Under the pieces are notes generated by a model. It ran no database searches. It was not told where the DNA came from and saw nothing but the letters and a program-made list of their open reading frames with translations. Below are positions 1-6,998 of a stretch of DNA of 18,454 nt, in pieces. The stretch comes from an uncultured bacterium. Lineage in GTDB: Bacteria; Gemmatimonadota; Gemmatimonadetes; Longimicrobiales; RSA9. The stretch is taken from assembly GCA_937889645.1 (NCBI GenBank), contig CALBZE010000083.1, positions 1-18,454 of the forward strand. Direction: 5' to 3'. Both the position numbers and the translations under genes were made by a program. Positions within the stretch are counted from its first letter, which is position 1. Each line of letters begins with the position of its first letter.

Positions 1-110
1 GGGCTCAGGGCCTAGGGCTCAGGGCCTAGGGCTCAGGGCCTGGGGCTCAGGGCCTGGGGCTCAGGGCTCAGGGCGTGGGGCTCGGGGCGGCGGCCGGGAT
101 TGCGGGCGGC
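1..110. repeat. G-rich tandem heptad array, (GGGCTCA/GGGCCTA/GGGCCTG) x about 13; left arm of composite repeat copy 1; G3N4 G-quadruplex motif on + strand
   Basis: Direct reading: gggctca gggccta gggctca gggccta ... in strict 7-nt register. Its reverse complement TGAGCCC is the heptad of the C-rich arm at 355-410. Confidence 0.9.
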
Positions 111-114
111 GTCG

Positions 115-320
115 GTGTGGAAACTTCCCGGGCGTGGGCGCGTGAATCGACAGTCGCTCGGTTTTCCCTCCCTAATGCGGAAATGCAGCAGGCGTGAACG
201 GGTGGGATGTTTGCCACGATATCTGTGCAAAAGTAGCGGGGAGGAAAAATGAGGGTGTTCCGTGCCGGGTTTGCACACGCCGGCGCCGGTGGAGGCGCCG
301 GAGGAGAGGCTTCGGCCGCC
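115..320 (+). repeat. Conserved core of about 205 bp of composite intergenic repeat, copy 1 (orientation A)
   Basis: Aligns by eye, block for block, with the reverse complements of 6092-6306 and 18205-18420. Shared blocks: gtggaaac, taatgcggaaatgcagcagg, gggtgggatgtttgccac, cggggagga, gtttgcacacgccggcgccggtggaggcgccgg, tttcggccgcc. Confidence 0.85.
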
Positions 321-354
321 TGGCGAGTCCCGCGCACCCCAACAACGCTCCGAC

Positions 355-410
355 ACCACCCTGAGCCCCAAGCCCCGAGCCCCGAGCCCCAACACCCGAC
401 ACCTACCCCC
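355..410. repeat. C-rich heptad array (CCCTGAG/CCCCGAG/CCCCAAG), right arm of repeat copy 1
   Basis: ccctgagccccaagccccgagccccgagccccaac...cccccc. This is the reverse-complement polarity of the 1-110 array, so the two arms are inverted repeats around the core. Confidence 0.8.
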
Positions 411-573
411 CAACCACCCGCGATACATCTCGTCCGCACGAGACCCTTCATGGCGCCGCACCCGTCAATGGCACGCCCTCTGAACTGGGAGACCATTCGT
501 GCGGCGGGGCGCGTGGGCGCGAGTCGTCGGCGTGGGGGTGGGGGTGTCGTAATCCTGGGCAAGGAAGGCGGGA

Positions 574-1128
574 ATGAGAGGATCGTGGCGAAACGGAGCG
601 GTGGTGCTGGCGCTCGTGGCGGGGTCGCTGGCGGTGGCGGTGCCGGGTCGGGCGCAGACGCCGCAGCCGGCGCCGCCGGTTCCGGACAGCGTGCGGCAGA
701 TGCTGATGGAGCTCCAGCGGGTGGGCGAGGAGCTGGAGCGGATCCAGGAGGCGACGCTGGCGGCGAACGAGGGGCTGAGACGGCAGCGGCAGTCGGTGCA
801 GGCGGCGGTGGAGCGGGCGATGGTGGAGGTGGACCCGCGGAGCCGGGGGCGCCTGGACCGGCTGCGGCAGATCGCCGGCGAGCTCCGGCAAGCGCAGGAA
901 CGGCAGGACACGGCGCGGGTGCAGGCGTTGATCGCGGAAGCGCAGCGGCTGCAGCAAGAGTTGCAGCCGGCGCAGGCGGCGGCGATGCAGCGCGAGGACG
1001 TGATGCGGCAGGTCCAGGCGTACCAGGAACGGCTTCTCGCGGCGATGCGGGCGCACGACCCGCGGACGGACGAGCTGATCGCGCGGCTCGAGTCGCTCGC
1101 CATGCGGCTCCAGGCGGCGTCGCCGTAA
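574..1128 (+). CDS. Secreted/periplasmic coiled-coil protein (signal peptide plus Q/R/A/E-rich helical repeats), function unknown
   Basis: ATG at 574 preceded by aaggaagg, a Shine-Dalgarno-like motif. N-terminus MRGSWRNGAVVLALVAGSLAVAVPGRAQT is signal-peptide-like. Strong GC3 bias. 184 aa. Confidence 0.6.
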   Translation: MRGSWRNGAVVLALVAGSLAVAVPGRAQTPQPAPPVPDSVRQMLMELQRVGEELERIQEATLAANEGLRRQRQSVQAAVERAMVEVDPRSRGRLDRLRQIAGELRQAQERQDTARVQALIAEAQRLQQELQPAQAAAMQREDVMRQVQAYQERLLAAMRAHDPRTDELIARLESLAMRLQAASP

Positions 1129-1200
1129 CGGCCGGGCGCCGTCGCGGCGGCGGTCTCGACTCGCGCGCGGTGCCGCGCGGCCGGAGCGCCGGGGCGGTCG

Positions 1201-2028
1201 ATGGTGTATGTTATCGTCGACGGCCGCCACGGACGGACCGTGGGGCGAGTGACGCGAGGCGAGATGACGTATTGGGTGAGGCGGCTGATCGTCGCCAACG
1301 TGGTCGTGTTCGTGGTGACGTATGCGGTGCCGGAGCTGTACCGCGCATGGATGTTCGTGCCCGCGTGGGTGCTGGTGCGGCCGTGGACGGTCGTGACCTA
1401 CATGTTCCTGCACGCCGGGTTCGGCCACCTGTTCTTCAACATGATCGGCCTGTTCTTCTTCGGGCCGCGGCTCGAGGTTCGGCTCGGCTCGCGGGCGTTC
1501 CTGCAGCTGTATTTCCTGAGCGGGATCGGCGGCGCGGTGCTGTCGTTCTTCTTCGCGCCGATGGCGGCGGTGGTGGGCGCGTCGGGCGCGGTGTACGGGA
1601 TCATGTACGGTTTCGCGCGCTTCTGGCCGACGGACGACATCTACATCTGGGGCGTGCTGCCTATCCAGGCGCGATTCTTCGTGGCCGGGCTCGCGACGCT
1701 GTCGCTCTACTTCGGTGTCGTGGGCGCCGGGGGCGGGATCGCGCACTTCGCGCACCTGGGCGGTTTCGTCGGCGGGTGGGCGTACCTGCGGTGGTGGTCG
1801 CGGCGTCGGCAGAAGACCGCGTGGGCGACGGCGCAGAAGGCGGCGGAGATCGTCTCCGGTGCGATGCGTCGTGAAGAGGAGCAGTGGCGCCGGATCCGGC
1901 TCGAGATGCTGCACGAGATCAACCGAGCGGAAGTCGAGCGGATCCTGCACAAGCTGGACGAGGCGGGCGCGCGGTCGCTCACGCCCGACGAACGCGCGTT
2001 CATGAACCGGATGGCCGGCGGCATCTGA
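1201..2028 (+). CDS. Rhomboid family intramembrane serine protease with a C-terminal cytoplasmic extension of about 60 aa
   Basis: Catalytic GASGAVYG motif (Ser) and HLGGFVGG (His) lie in hydrophobic TM-like segments. An alternative start at the ATG at 1264 (MTYWVRRLIV...) is possible. Confidence 0.85.
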   Translation: MVYVIVDGRHGRTVGRVTRGEMTYWVRRLIVANVVVFVVTYAVPELYRAWMFVPAWVLVRPWTVVTYMFLHAGFGHLFFNMIGLFFFGPRLEVRLGSRAFLQLYFLSGIGGAVLSFFFAPMAAVVGASGAVYGIMYGFARFWPTDDIYIWGVLPIQARFFVAGLATLSLYFGVVGAGGGIAHFAHLGGFVGGWAYLRWWSRRRQKTAWATAQKAAEIVSGAMRREEEQWRRIRLEMLHEINRAEVERILHKLDEAGARSLTPDERAFMNRMAGGI

Positions 2029-2064
2029 GGCGCCCTTGCGCGGGCGCGCGGCCTGCGCGAGGAT

Positions 2065-3648
2065 ATGTTCATGCCGACATCCGACGCACGATCCGACACT
2101 CTCGAACACAACCCGTCGCCCGGCGAGACGGAATCGAGCGCGGCCGCGGGAACCCAGCCCGCGGCCGCTCGTCATGCCGAGCCGCCCTCGTCGGAGTCGC
2201 CGTCGTCCTCGCCCGAAGTCTCGGCGTCCGGTGGTGCGACGCCGCGGGGGGCGGGACGACGCTTCGACCGCTCGATCGTCGAAGGCCCCATCCTCCCGGC
2301 CGTCTGGAAGCTCGCCTGGCCGACGATGCTGCACAACCTGATCGGCGGACTGCAGGGGATGGTCGACCACGCGATGGTCGGCCATTTCGTGGGGTACACG
2401 GGGAACGCGGCGATCGGGGTGAGCCTTCAGATCTTCCTGGTCGTCGTCGTCTTCATCTCATCGCTGTACACGGGGATGGGCGTGTTGGTCGCCCGGTTCG
2501 CCGGCGCGGGCGACGAGGAGAAGGTGAACCGCACGGTCTACCAGGCGTTCATCACGTCCGCCGCGCTGTCGATCCTGGTCCTCGCGCCGGTCGGCTACTT
2601 CGCGGCGCCGGCGCTGCTCGGGCTGGTCAACGCCGCGCCGAAGGTGCAGGCGGAGGCGCTGCCGTACCTGCGGATCATGTTCCTGTGCAGCTTCGGCACG
2701 ATGTTCTTCTTCATGCTGGGCGGCGCGCTGCGTTCGGCGGGCGATGCCAGGACGCCGCTGCGGTACGGCGTGGTGGTGACGGTCGTGAACATCGCGCTGA
2801 ACGTGATCCTGATCCCGGGGCTGGGGCCGGTGCCGGCGCTGGGGACGGCCGGCGCGGCGATCGGGACGGCGCTGGCGACCGGGGGCGCGAGCCTGTACGC
2901 GCTCTACGCGCTACGCCGCGGGCGCTGGGTCGTCGCCTTCCCGCGCGGGATGAGCCTGAAGCCGGACTGGGAGGTGATCCGCGCGCTGTTCCGGTTCGGT
3001 CTACCGACGGGGATCCAGGGCGTGGCGATGAACGTGGGCGGGGTGCTGCTGCTGCGCTTCATCGGCTCGCTCGAGCAGAGCGCGGAGGCGCAGGCGGCTT
3101 ACGCCGTCGCCTACACGGAGATCTTCTCGCTCGTCAGCATGATGGCGATCGGGATCATGGGCGCGACGGCGGCGGTCGTGGGGCAGAACCTGGGCGCGCG
3201 GCGGGTCGACCGGGCGACGCGGGCGGTCTCGGTCGCGTCGCGGATCGGGCTTACCGGCGCGGGCACGCTCGGGCTGCTCTTCCTCACGATCCCGCACGTG
3301 CTGCTGGGCGCGTTCGGGATGACCGACCCGGGCGTCGCCGAGCTGGGCGTGCAGCTGCTGCGGTTCCTGACCGTCTCGAGCTTCTTCCTGACGCTGGCAC
3401 TCGTGTACACGGGCGGGCTGCAGGGGACGGGCGACACGAGGAGCCCGCTCTACATCTCGCTCATCTCGCAGATCGCCGTGCCGCTCGGGCTGTGCTACCT
3501 GTTCCAGCAGACGCGAGGGTTGGAGCCGGGCGACATCTGGCTCGCGATCATGCTCGGGCACATCACGCGCGGGACGCTGAGCGTGGGGCGGTTCAGGCAG
3601 GGGAAGTGGCGGGAGATCGTGGTGGACATCGGGCCGGCGCGGGCGTGA
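2065..3648 (+). CDS. MATE family efflux transporter (NorM/DinF-like) with an N-terminal low-complexity extension of about 75 aa
   Basis: gagga sits 8 nt upstream of the ATG. WPTMLHNLIGGLQGMVDHAMVGHFVG is a MATE N-terminal signature. About 12 hydrophobic segments. Residues 1-75 are S/P/E/A-rich and non-hydrophobic. Confidence 0.85.
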   Translation: MFMPTSDARSDTLEHNPSPGETESSAAAGTQPAAARHAEPPSSESPSSSPEVSASGGATPRGAGRRFDRSIVEGPILPAVWKLAWPTMLHNLIGGLQGMVDHAMVGHFVGYTGNAAIGVSLQIFLVVVVFISSLYTGMGVLVARFAGAGDEEKVNRTVYQAFITSAALSILVLAPVGYFAAPALLGLVNAAPKVQAEALPYLRIMFLCSFGTMFFFMLGGALRSAGDARTPLRYGVVVTVVNIALNVILIPGLGPVPALGTAGAAIGTALATGGASLYALYALRRGRWVVAFPRGMSLKPDWEVIRALFRFGLPTGIQGVAMNVGGVLLLRFIGSLEQSAEAQAAYAVAYTEIFSLVSMMAIGIMGATAAVVGQNLGARRVDRATRAVSVASRIGLTGAGTLGLLFLTIPHVLLGAFGMTDPGVAELGVQLLRFLTVSSFFLTLALVYTGGLQGTGDTRSPLYISLISQIAVPLGLCYLFQQTRGLEPGDIWLAIMLGHITRGTLSVGRFRQGKWREIVVDIGPARA

Positions 3649-4403
3649 CGGTGGTGGCGCTGGCCGGGTAGCGGCGGGGACCAGCGGCACGCTTCGCGTG
3701 CGGGCGCGGCCGCGCTGCGCGCGGCGGGGGGCGGCACCGCTTCGCGGCGCGGGGGGCAGCCGGCCGCTGGCGCGGCCGGCGGGAGGCGGCCCCTGCGGGG
3801 CGGGTGGCGGCGCCCTCGGCGCCGCGGGGGAGCCGCCTTCGGCGGCGGGTGGAGCCGGGCCTTCGGCCGGCGCGGGAGGGTGGCGGCCTGGCGGCCGCGG
3901 GGCGACGCGTTCACGATCCGGATGAGCAGATCCTCCGGCGCCTCCCAGCCGCCGAGCTGTTCCACGTCGCTGGCGTACCTGCCGTTGCCCGAGGCGTAGT
4001 ACACCTCCTGCATGGTCGCGAGGTTCTCGAGCGTGGAGCGGATCGTGGCCATCGTCTCGGCCGGCAGTGCGCGGGTCGGCTGCTCCTGGCCGGCCCCGTC
4101 GTCCGCGATCACGCGGGTGGGGGCGCGCTCCGCACCTTCCAGGGCGTAGAGCTCGAGGTACTCGACATCCATCTCTTCGCGGCCGGGCCGGCGGACCCAC
4201 AGGTGCCCCTGCGGGCTGACCTTCACGTACCGATAACCGACCTTCGGGTCCGGCGGCGGCAGCCGGTCGATCGCCGCGTGCACGACGCCGCGGCCACGAC
4301 CGAGTTCGCGGCCGTCGACCCAGCTCGGATCGTAGAGCCACTCGTCGAAGATGAAGCCGCGCCGCCGGCGCTCCCCTCTATTGCCGTCGCACGTCCAGCT
4401 CAC
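3495..4403 (-). CDS. Hypothetical protein; boundaries unresolved. Coding-like composition is confined to about 3906-4370, and the in-frame ORF reaches a stop only at 3495, after running through the hairpin array and 150 bp of the MATE 3' end
   Basis: Strong GC3 periodicity across FIFDEWLYDPSWVDG...ATMQEVYYASGNGRYASDVEQLGGWEAPEDLLIRIVNAS. No ATG is present; candidate GTG starts are at 4403 and 4283. The P/R/A-rich tail is encoded by the hairpin array and is probably not genuine. Confidence 0.3.
   Translation of the reverse strand: MSWTCDGNRGERRRRGFIFDEWLYDPSWVDGRELGRGRGVVHAAIDRLPPPDPKVGYRYVKVSPQGHLWVRRPGREEMDVEYLELYALEGAERAPTRVIADDGAGQEQPTRALPAETMATIRSTLENLATMQEVYYASGNGRYASDVEQLGGWEAPEDLLIRIVNASPRGRQAATLPRRPKARLHPPPKAAPPRRRGRRHPPRRGRLPPAAPAAGCPPRREAVPPPAARSAAAPAREACRWSPPLPGQRHHRHARAGPMSTTISRHFPCLNRPTLSVPRVMCPSMIASQMSPGSNPRVCWNR
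3680..3900. repeat. Array of 8-9 tandem GC-rich hairpins, each followed by a G-run (GGGNGG), in a convergent intergenic region
   Basis: Hairpins read directly: gcacgc-ttc-gcgtgc; gcgcggccgcgc (12-nt palindrome); ccgc-ttc-gcgg; gccggccgc-tggc-gcggccggc (9-bp stem); gcccc-tgc-ggggc; ggcgcc-ctc-ggcgcc; gccgcc-ttc-ggcggc; ggcc-ttc-ggcc; cggcc-tggc-ggccg. Each is followed by ggggg, gggtgg or gggagg. Confidence 0.7.
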
Positions 4404-4893
4404 CGCGCAGCAGCGTCGTCGGTCCGAAGGTCGGGCGGCCGAACGGGCCGGCGTCGACGGCGAACCGGCCGTCCAATCGGTACGCGACGGTGCGCTCGGT
4501 GAGGAAACGCACGGCGGCATCGGCCAGGCCGGGGACGTCGGCGAAGCTGATGGTGACGTCGATCGGGACGACGGTGTCCTGCTGCGCGCGGAGCGGGAGC
4601 CCGAGCGGGAGATCGACGGCCGCGGCGCGCGCGCCCTCGAGGAGCAGGTCGCCCTCCAGGGTGGAAAGGGTCAGGCCGAAGGCGTTGGGGTTCTGGACGC
4701 GCGTCCAGATGCGGATCGCGGCGCCGCCGAGCGGCCGGGTCGAGGACGGGCCGAGGAGGCGCAGCTCGGAGCGACGGTCTTCGGCCGCCTCGAAGCGCGG
4801 CGGCTCGACGCGGATCAGTTCGGAGACCGTCGCACAACCGGCCACGAGGAGCGCGGCGGCCAGCCAGAGGTGCGTATTCCGTTTCGGCATCAT
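4378..4893 (-). CDS. Lipoprotein with LEA-2 / WHy-like (late-embryogenesis-abundant 14-type) domain
   Basis: MMPKRNTHLWLAAALLVAGC has a lipobox LVAGC. An NPN-containing beta-rich domain (RVQNPNAFGLTLSTLEGDLLLEG...YRLDGRFAVDAG) resembles bacterial LEA_2 proteins. Confidence 0.55.
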   Translation of the reverse strand: MMPKRNTHLWLAAALLVAGCATVSELIRVEPPRFEAAEDRRSELRLLGPSSTRPLGGAAIRIWTRVQNPNAFGLTLSTLEGDLLLEGARAAAVDLPLGLPLRAQQDTVVPIDVTISFADVPGLADAAVRFLTERTVAYRLDGRFAVDAGPFGRPTFGPTTLLRGELDVRRQ

Positions 4894-4990
4894 GGAGTGC
4901 TCCGGTATGCGGAAGAGTGGCGCCCAGGCTCGTCTCGTGCCGCAGGGTCGCCGGGTCGTCGGGCCTCCGGGGTTTGCCGCGCGATCACGA

Positions 4991-5013
4991 CCGTGGCAAG
5001 TTATCGGCCACGG
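4991..5013. promoter_or_regulatory. Inverted repeat CCGTGGC-N9-GCCACGG with an AT-rich centre, in the divergent intergenic region between the LEA-like lipoprotein gene and the CPBP protease gene
   Basis: ccgtggcaagttatcggccacgg read directly. It lies 53-75 nt upstream of the CPBP ATG (5066) and about 100 nt upstream of the lipoprotein start (4893). Confidence 0.3.
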
Positions 5014-5065
5014 GACTGCGTCACCAGGCCCCGTCGCCGGAACCGAGGTACACACGAAGAGCGCA

Positions 5066-6022
5066 ATGGCGAATCGGACCGAACTCGCGACTGCCCAACG
5101 TAGGCGCCGACTCCGCCGCGCCCATCGACTCCCGGCCCTGCTGCTCGTTCTCGCCGTCGCGGCGCCGGTCGCGGCGCAGACGGCGGGCGACACGGTGCCC
5201 CGGAAGCCGAAGATCGGCGCGCAGTTCGTGATCCCGGCCGCGAGCATCGTTGCCCCCGGGCTCGGTCAGTACCTGCACGGTGCGTACTGGCCAGGCATGG
5301 GGTACACGGGCACGGCGGTCGGCGGGGCGGCGGTGGCCGCCTGGGCCGACGACGGCACGGGGTGGAGCGGCTTCCCGCGCCATGGGCGCGACCAGCTCGA
5401 GTACGAGGCGACGCACGTCGTCCAGTCGGCCGGGTTCCTCAGCGCGTGGGATGCGTTCCGGCGGGCGGTCCCGTCGCTGCAACGACAGGGGAAATACGAA
5501 TTCCTGACGACGCACGAGACGCTGGGCGACCTGCTCACGGCGCCGTTCGATCCCGAGTTCCTGCGTCGCCCGACGACGTGGGCGCACCTGGCGTACACCG
5601 GCCTCGTCGCCGCAATGGTGGTCAGCACGCGGCAATCGGGCGTCGCGTACGAGCCGTTCCGTGCGCAGGACGCGGCGTTTGCGACGTCGCTCTCGTACAA
5701 CGCCGGCGTGAGCGAGGAAGCGCTCTTCCGCGGGTGGCTGTTCCCGGTCCTGTACCAGAACATGGGCCAGCGGTTCTGGCTCTCGAACGCGGCCCAGGCC
5801 GGGATCTTCGGTGCGCTGCACCTCGAGCAGGCGGGCGCGTTCGCGGCGGCGATCACCGCGTGGGCGCTTTACGAAGGGTGGCTGACGCGCCGCAACGATT
5901 GGAGCATCCGGGAGTCGATCTTCCACCACTTCTGGTACGACGTGGCGGCGGTCGTGGTGCAGATGCTGGTGGAGGAGCGCGGCCGTGGGGTTGGGGTCAC
6001 GGTGCCGGTGGTGAGGTTTTGA
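5066..6022 (+). CDS. CPBP family intramembrane glutamic endopeptidase (CAAX protease / bacteriocin-processing family)
   Basis: Three CPBP motifs in order within hydrophobic segments: SEEALFRGWLF (EExxxR), AGIFGALHL (FxxxH), IFHHFWYDV (HxxxD/N). Signal/TM N-terminus. The TGA stop at 6020-6022 abuts the heptad array. Confidence 0.8.
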   Translation: MANRTELATAQRRRRLRRAHRLPALLLVLAVAAPVAAQTAGDTVPRKPKIGAQFVIPAASIVAPGLGQYLHGAYWPGMGYTGTAVGGAAVAAWADDGTGWSGFPRHGRDQLEYEATHVVQSAGFLSAWDAFRRAVPSLQRQGKYEFLTTHETLGDLLTAPFDPEFLRRPTTWAHLAYTGLVAAMVVSTRQSGVAYEPFRAQDAAFATSLSYNAGVSEEALFRGWLFPVLYQNMGQRFWLSNAAQAGIFGALHLEQAGAFAAAITAWALYEGWLTRRNDWSIRESIFHHFWYDVAAVVVQMLVEERGRGVGVTVPVVRF

Positions 6023-6055
6023 GGGCTCAGGGCTCAGGGCTCGGGGCTCAGGGGG
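6021..6055. repeat. G-rich heptad array (GGGCTCA x4), left arm of repeat copy 2
   Basis: gagggctcagggctcagggctcggggctcagggggg begins inside the stop codon of the CPBP gene. Confidence 0.85.
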
Positions 6056-6091
6056 GTGTCGGAGCGTTTTGGGGGTGCGCGAGACTCGCCG

Positions 6092-6306
6092 GGCGGCCGA
6101 AACCTCTCTTCCGGCGCCTCCACCGGCGCCGGCGTGTGCAAACGCAGCACGGAGCGCCCTCTGCGTACCTGCCCGCAATATTTGCGCATGTAGGGTGGCA
6201 AACATCCCACCCGTCTCCCGCCTGCTGCATTTCCGCATTAGGGAGGGCAAATCGAGCAAGCGTCCATTCACACGCCCACTCTTGGGATGTTTCCACACGA
6301 ACGTCG
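6092..6306 (-). repeat. Conserved core of composite repeat, copy 2 (reverse orientation relative to copy 1)
   Basis: The reverse complement of 6092-6306 aligns with 115-320. For example, ggcggccgaaacctctcttccggcgcctccaccggcgccggcgtgtgcaaac is the reverse complement of gtttgcacacgccggcgccggtggaggcgccggaggagaggcttcggccgcc. Confidence 0.85.
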
Positions 6307-6311
6307 CTGGC

Positions 6312-6458
6312 GCCCCCGGCCACCCCGGCCGCTGCCCCGTGCCCCGTGCCCCGTGCCCCGTGCCCCGTGCCCCGTGCCCCGTGCCCCGTGCCCCGAGCCC
6401 CGAGCCCCGAGCCCTGAGCCCTGAGCCCTGAGCCCCAAGCCCTGAGCCCCAAGCCCAA
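6312..6458. repeat. C-rich heptad array: (CCCCGTG)x8 perfect tandem, then (CCCCGAG)x3, (CCCTGAG)x3 and CCCCAAG/CCCTGAG variants; right arm of repeat copy 2
   Basis: Read directly: ccccgtg ccccgtg ... x8 without interruption, then ccccgag x3 ccctgag x3 ccccaag ccctgag ccccaag cccaag. The - strand carries G4-type G3-4N3-4 repeats. Confidence 0.9.
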
Positions 6459-6497
6459 GTACCCGCGGCGGCGGTCATCCGGAGCGTTGCCCTCCCC

Positions 6498-6998
6498 TCA
6501 ACCCAACCCGTCACACTCCTCCAACCTCCCAACCAAGCGTCGTGCGCTTTCCGGTGTGAGGTGCGCGAGGTGCTGGTTGGTGAATGTGGGGTCGTCGGTG
6601 ACCTCACGGAGGAGGGCGATTCCGGGTGGCGCGGGCGGGAGCGGCTCGTCGGGCGCGTCGAGCTCGACCTCCGCGATGGCGAGTCCCTCCAGGGGGCCAC
6701 GGAAGATGTCGATTTCCCACCGATCGATCACGTAGCGGACCTTCTCCAGCCGCCGGTCGCCCGCCAACTCGAAGAGTGCGCGGGCGGTCTCTTCGTCGAC
6801 GCCGATCTCTACCTCGCTCCGCACGCGGCCACGGCCGGCTTTGATCGTGAGCAGGTACTGACCGTCGCGGGCGCGGATGCGCACGGCCGGCTCGCCGCGG
6901 GTGATGTAGCCCTGGCGGATCTCGGCGCGGCGCGACGCCGTCCGCAGCACGTCCGGCTCGACGACGCGGCACAGGAAGCGACGTTCGATCTCGATCAT
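6498..6998 (-). CDS. CYTH-domain protein (triphosphate tunnel metalloenzyme; CyaB / thiamine-triphosphatase-like)
   Basis: N-terminal MIEIERRFL matches the CYTH EIERKFL signature. About 166 aa. Its start overlaps the stop of the upstream ATPase by ATGA at 6995-6998, indicating translational coupling. Confidence 0.7.
   Translation of the reverse strand: MIEIERRFLCRVVEPDVLRTASRRAEIRQGYITRGEPAVRIRARDGQYLLTIKAGRGRVRSEVEIGVDEETARALFELAGDRRLEKVRYVIDRWEIDIFRGPLEGLAIAEVELDAPDEPLPPAPPGIALLREVTDDPTFTNQHLAHLTPESARRLVGRLEECDGLG

Noticed and set aside
1163-1178. cgcgcggtgccgcgcg hairpin after the stop of 574..1128 as an intrinsic terminator
   Set aside because: GC stem without a following T-tract, and the rhomboid gene follows 25 nt later on the same strand. 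It is more likely part of an operon spacer, so it is not called as a feature.
249-1874. 541-aa + strand ORF starting inside repeat copy 1 and running through the coiled-coil gene and rhomboid in another frame
   Set aside because: Gly/Ala/Arg-rich low-complexity translation typical of out-of-frame reading in >70% GC DNA. It overlaps two well-supported genes (574..1128, 1201..2028) and its start lies in a non-conserved part of the repeat.
448-2385. 645-aa - strand ORF antisense to the rhomboid and periplasmic protein genes
   Set aside because: Arg/Pro/His-rich shadow ORF antisense to genes with clear motifs. It has no domain-like features.
1884-3671. 595-aa + strand ORF overlapping the MATE gene in a different frame
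   Set aside because: The MATE frame (2065..3648) gives 12 hydrophobic helices and family motifs. This frame gives R/G/A/D-rich nonsense.
5021-6700. 559-aa - strand ORF spanning repeat copy 2 and the CPBP gene; also small ORFs 6048..6458 and 6069..6431 that translate the heptad arrays into GSGL/PVPRA repeats
   Set aside because: Protein 'repeats' are just translation of DNA heptad arrays. The peptides encoded by the three core copies are not conserved in frame between copies.
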